A stretch of DNA of 9,221 nucleotides from the NCBI RefSeq assembly GCF_002682985.1, contig NZ_MKGN01000010.1:1-9221 (forward strand), given 5' to 3'. The notes below the pieces were generated by a model, which was given only the letters and a program-made list of their open reading frames with translations, made no database searches and was not told the DNA's origin. Both the position numbers and the translations under genes were made by a program. The stretch's first letter is position 1, and each line of letters opens with the position of its first letter. This document shows positions 7,295 through 9,221 of this stretch, piece by piece. The DNA is from Candidatus Tremblayella phenacoccinincola. GTDB taxonomy: Bacteria > Pseudomonadota > Gammaproteobacteria > Burkholderiales > Burkholderiaceae.

Positions 7295-8101
7295 TTATCT
7301 ATATAGTTGAAAAAGAACCCATATAGACTTATTATTTAATGATGCTATATTGTAGACATTAGCTTTTATATATCTCTGTATAATCTTAACTAGCTTTCTA
7401 TATATAAACCAACTACTAATAAATATATATGCTTTAGGTCTTTTTATATTATATATGCTGTTTTTAAACCTATTAACTAAGAGCAGCTTGTTATTAGATA
7501 TCTTTGGAAGACATTGAATTAAGTAAGCATGTGAGTAATAAACTATCTTTGCTTCATATAGGCCATTAACAAATAAAGTAGAACCTGTAGATACTACATC
7601 GAATATTATATCAGATAACCCAGAACTATATGCTACTTCTACTGAACCAGTAATATAATATAATATGTAGCTTATGCTATATCTTTTTAAGTAGTGTTTA
7701 AGTATATATGGGTAAGAAGTAGCAACCTTTTTCCCATCTAAACAGCTAATACCAGTCCATGGTTCACCTAAAGGAAAAGCTAATGATAAGCGACAACTAC
7801 TGAACTTAAGACTATATATTATATAATAGTTAACTAGCTTTCTATATATAATAAACCTAAAAGATTGCTCTTCAAATACGTTTTTACCAATAATACCTAA
7901 GTCTACTGTTTTAGTTAATATTAAGTTAGGTATATCGTCATCTCGAACAAACATAATCCTAACTGCTTTATGGTTAGAACTTAATATAAGCTTTCTAATG
8001 TTATAGGCTTGTTTAGTTTTATAGTAGCTAACTAAATAGGTTGACTTATTACTTAATCTTCCAGACCTTTGTAATGCTATAGTTAGGGTTAGATAATTCA
8101 A
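7295..8101 (-). CDS. hisG: ATP phosphoribosyltransferase, long-form (HisG-L) architecture with a truncated C-terminal regulatory domain
   Basis: Collinear with recalled E. coli HisG: LTIALQRSGRLSNKS, VRDDDIPNL, VDLGIIGKNVFEE, CRLSLAFPLGEPWTG, GKKVATSYPYILKHYLKRYSISY, GSVEVAYSSGLSDIIFDVVSTGSTLFVNGL, AYLIQ. TTG start at 8101-8099, preceded by AGAGAGAG 6 nt upstream; an in-frame TAG 5 codons upstream excludes a longer ORF. 268 aa versus about 299. Confidence 0.87.
   Translation of the reverse strand: MNYLTLTIALQRSGRLSNKSTYLVSYYKTKQAYNIRKLILSSNHKAVRIMFVRDDDIPNLILTKTVDLGIIGKNVFEEQSFRFIIYRKLVNYYIIYSLKFSSCRLSLAFPLGEPWTGISCLDGKKVATSYPYILKHYLKRYSISYILYYITGSVEVAYSSGLSDIIFDVVSTGSTLFVNGLYEAKIVYYSHAYLIQCLPKISNNKLLLVNRFKNSIYNIKRPKAYIFISSWFIYRKLVKIIQRYIKANVYNIASLNNKSIWVLFQLYR
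7386..7407 (-). repeat. Copy 1 of a 22-nt exact direct repeat (TTAACTAGCTTTCTATATATAA on the plus strand) inside hisG
   Basis: Identical 22-mer at 7830-7851. The offset is 444 nt, a multiple of 3. Both copies encode IYRKLV. Confidence 0.9.
7830..7851 (-). repeat. Copy 2 of the 22-nt exact direct repeat inside hisG
   Basis: Identical to 7386-7407. After a 3-nt indel the similarity continues (AACC). Confidence 0.9.
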
Positions 8102-8138
8102 TATAGACTCTCTCTAGAAAATATATGATAGCTTGTAG

Positions 8139-8831
8139 TTATAGCAGCCTACCTATTGTAATACGTTCATTACTATAGTCTTTTATTGAATGAACACCTT
8201 TAAAAGATAAGCTTAATATAAAAGCTCTAACTATAGATCCTTGGTTATATCCATGTTCTAGTAATAGCCAACCTCCGTAGGTTAAAAAGAATACAGAGCT
8301 TAGACATATGTTAAATAGGCTTTGTAAACCATTATTAGAAGAAGCTAAAGAAATGGTTGGCTCAATAGGTAGGCTTCCTTTATTTAAATGGAGATCCTTT
8401 ATACTAATATAAGGTGGGTTGCTAATAATTAGTCCATATCTTTTTAAATATAAAGACCTAAACCAGCTACTATATATATAGTTAACAGCTTTTAATTCTT
8501 TTAGCCCTAAGCTATATGCATTATAGTTGGCTATTGTTAAAGCAGTTAAAGAAAGGTCTGTTCCGATAGATATCCAGCTAGTTCTTTCATATACTAACCT
8601 TAAAACAATAGTACCACTTCCAGTTCCTAAGTCAAGTACATTTAGTTTATTATTAGGTAATAATATTAATGCTTGTTCTATTAAACAAACAGTATCAAGT
8701 CTTGGCATAAAAGCAGCTTTGGATATCTTTAGAGTTAAGTCCCATATATCTATTGGTTGTTCTATATTGGTTCTTAATATAAGTTCATTTAGGAATATGT
8801 ATTCGTTAGAGCTTCTATAAGCATTCATCAT
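8139..8831 (-). CDS. prmC: Release-factor glutamine N5-methyltransferase (PrmC/HemK), N-terminally shortened
   Basis: [16 protein letters not shown] (SAM-binding), ISNPPYI (NPPY catalytic motif), [25 protein letters not shown]. It lies directly downstream of prfA, as in the conserved prfA-prmC pair, and overlaps prfA by 17 nt. 230 aa versus about 277 in E. coli. Confidence 0.86.
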   Translation of the reverse strand: MMNAYRSSNEYIFLNELILRTNIEQPIDIWDLTLKISKAAFMPRLDTVCLIEQALILLPNNKLNVLDLGTGSGTIVLRLVYERTSWISIGTDLSLTALTIANYNAYSLGLKELKAVNYIYSSWFRSLYLKRYGLIISNPPYISIKDLHLNKGSLPIEPTISLASSNNGLQSLFNICLSSVFFLTYGGWLLLEHGYNQGSIVRAFILSLSFKGVHSIKDYSNERITIGRLL

Positions 8832-9219
8832 AATAATATCTATTTAAGATTGGATGTATAAGTAAGTCTAAGTCTCCATTTAGAACCTCATTTAGCTTAT
8901 ATATAGTGAACTCTATTCTATGGTCTGTTATACGACATTGTTGATAGCTATATGTTCTTATTCGGTCAGACCTGTAGCCTGTGCCTAATAGGGTTTTCTT
9001 AACTAAAGACTCTTCTTTATGTTTACGTTTTAATTCGAAGTTAGTTAACCTAGCATTTAATATTACCAAAGCTTTGGATTTATTTCTATGTTGAGACCTT
9101 TCATCTTGGCACTCGACTACTATGCCAGTTGGTAAGTGTGTTATCCTAACAGCTGACTCTGTTTTATTAACATGCTGTCCTCCAGCCCCTGAAGAACGAA
9201 ATGTGTCTATTCTTAGGTC
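8815..9219 (-). CDS. prfA: Peptide chain release factor 1, C-terminal part (5' end lies beyond the window)
   Basis: My translation of the minus strand from 9219 gives [51 protein letters not shown], then the tracked ORF (...[42 protein letters not shown]). The GGQ motif is present, and the C-terminal part resembles recalled RF1 rather than RF2. The ORF track shows only the part from an internal TTG at 9069. Stop TAG at 8817-8815. Confidence 0.92.
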   Translation of the reverse strand, partial: DLRIDTFRSSGAGGQHVNKTESAVRITHLPTGIVVECQDERSQHRNKSKALVILNARLTNFELKRKHKEESLVKKTLLGTGYRSDRIRTYSYQQCRITDHRIEFTIYKLNEVLNGDLDLLIHPILNRYYYDECL

Positions 9220-9221
9220 AG

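Noticed and set aside
8527-8820. Plus-strand 97-aa ORF antisense to prmC
   Set aside because: It lies fully inside prmC, whose SAM-binding and NPPY motifs fix the coding strand.
1-9221. Alternative genetic code (TGA read as Trp), as seen in some tiny symbiont genomes
   Set aside because: All ten genes are uninterrupted under the standard code. Conserved Trp positions (for example QHQMW and KQWQ in ilvB) use TGG. The single terminal TGA in dapB falls at the expected protein end.
1-9221. Defence, toxin-antitoxin, CRISPR, phage, IS or secretion-type novel system
   Set aside because: Every ORF longer than 60 aa is either assignable to core metabolism or translation, or is a shadow of such a gene. 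There are no arrays of spaced repeats, no transposase or integrase motifs, and no terminal inverted repeats. The novelty here lies in gene erosion and architecture, not in an accessory system.

Overview
AT-rich, almost fully coding bacterial window that looks like a strongly reduced, host-restricted genome of the insect nutritional-endosymbiont type. The organism cannot be named from the sequence alone. Plus strand: an unassigned ORF open to the left edge, a 182-nt spacer, then ilvB (AHAS large subunit), ilvC, leuA and rpsO, a 134-nt spacer, then map. Minus strand, converging on map with only 8 nt between the stop codons: prfA (partial at the right edge), prmC, hisG, a 199-aa ORF and dapB. The standard genetic code fits: conserved Trp positions use TGG and no ORF is interrupted by TGA. 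I could not support any tRNA, rRNA, CRISPR array, mobile element or defence/toxin system. What stands out is the pattern of erosion. (1) Three feedback-controlled committed-step enzymes have missing or decayed allosteric modules: there is no AHAS small subunit between ilvB and ilvC, the LeuA C-terminal domain is degenerate, and the HisG C-terminal domain is truncated. (2) The 199-aa ORF has a perfect Shine-Dalgarno site and is collinear with peptidyl-tRNA hydrolase, but I cannot find the catalytic residues. (3) hisG carries a 22-nt exact in-frame direct repeat. (4) Composition and conservation drop sharply at the map/dapB junction, and the gene types are mixed (class I ilvC and non-enteric leuA next to an enteric-like long-form hisG). 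All homology statements come from by-eye alignment to protein sequences recalled from memory and need database confirmation.
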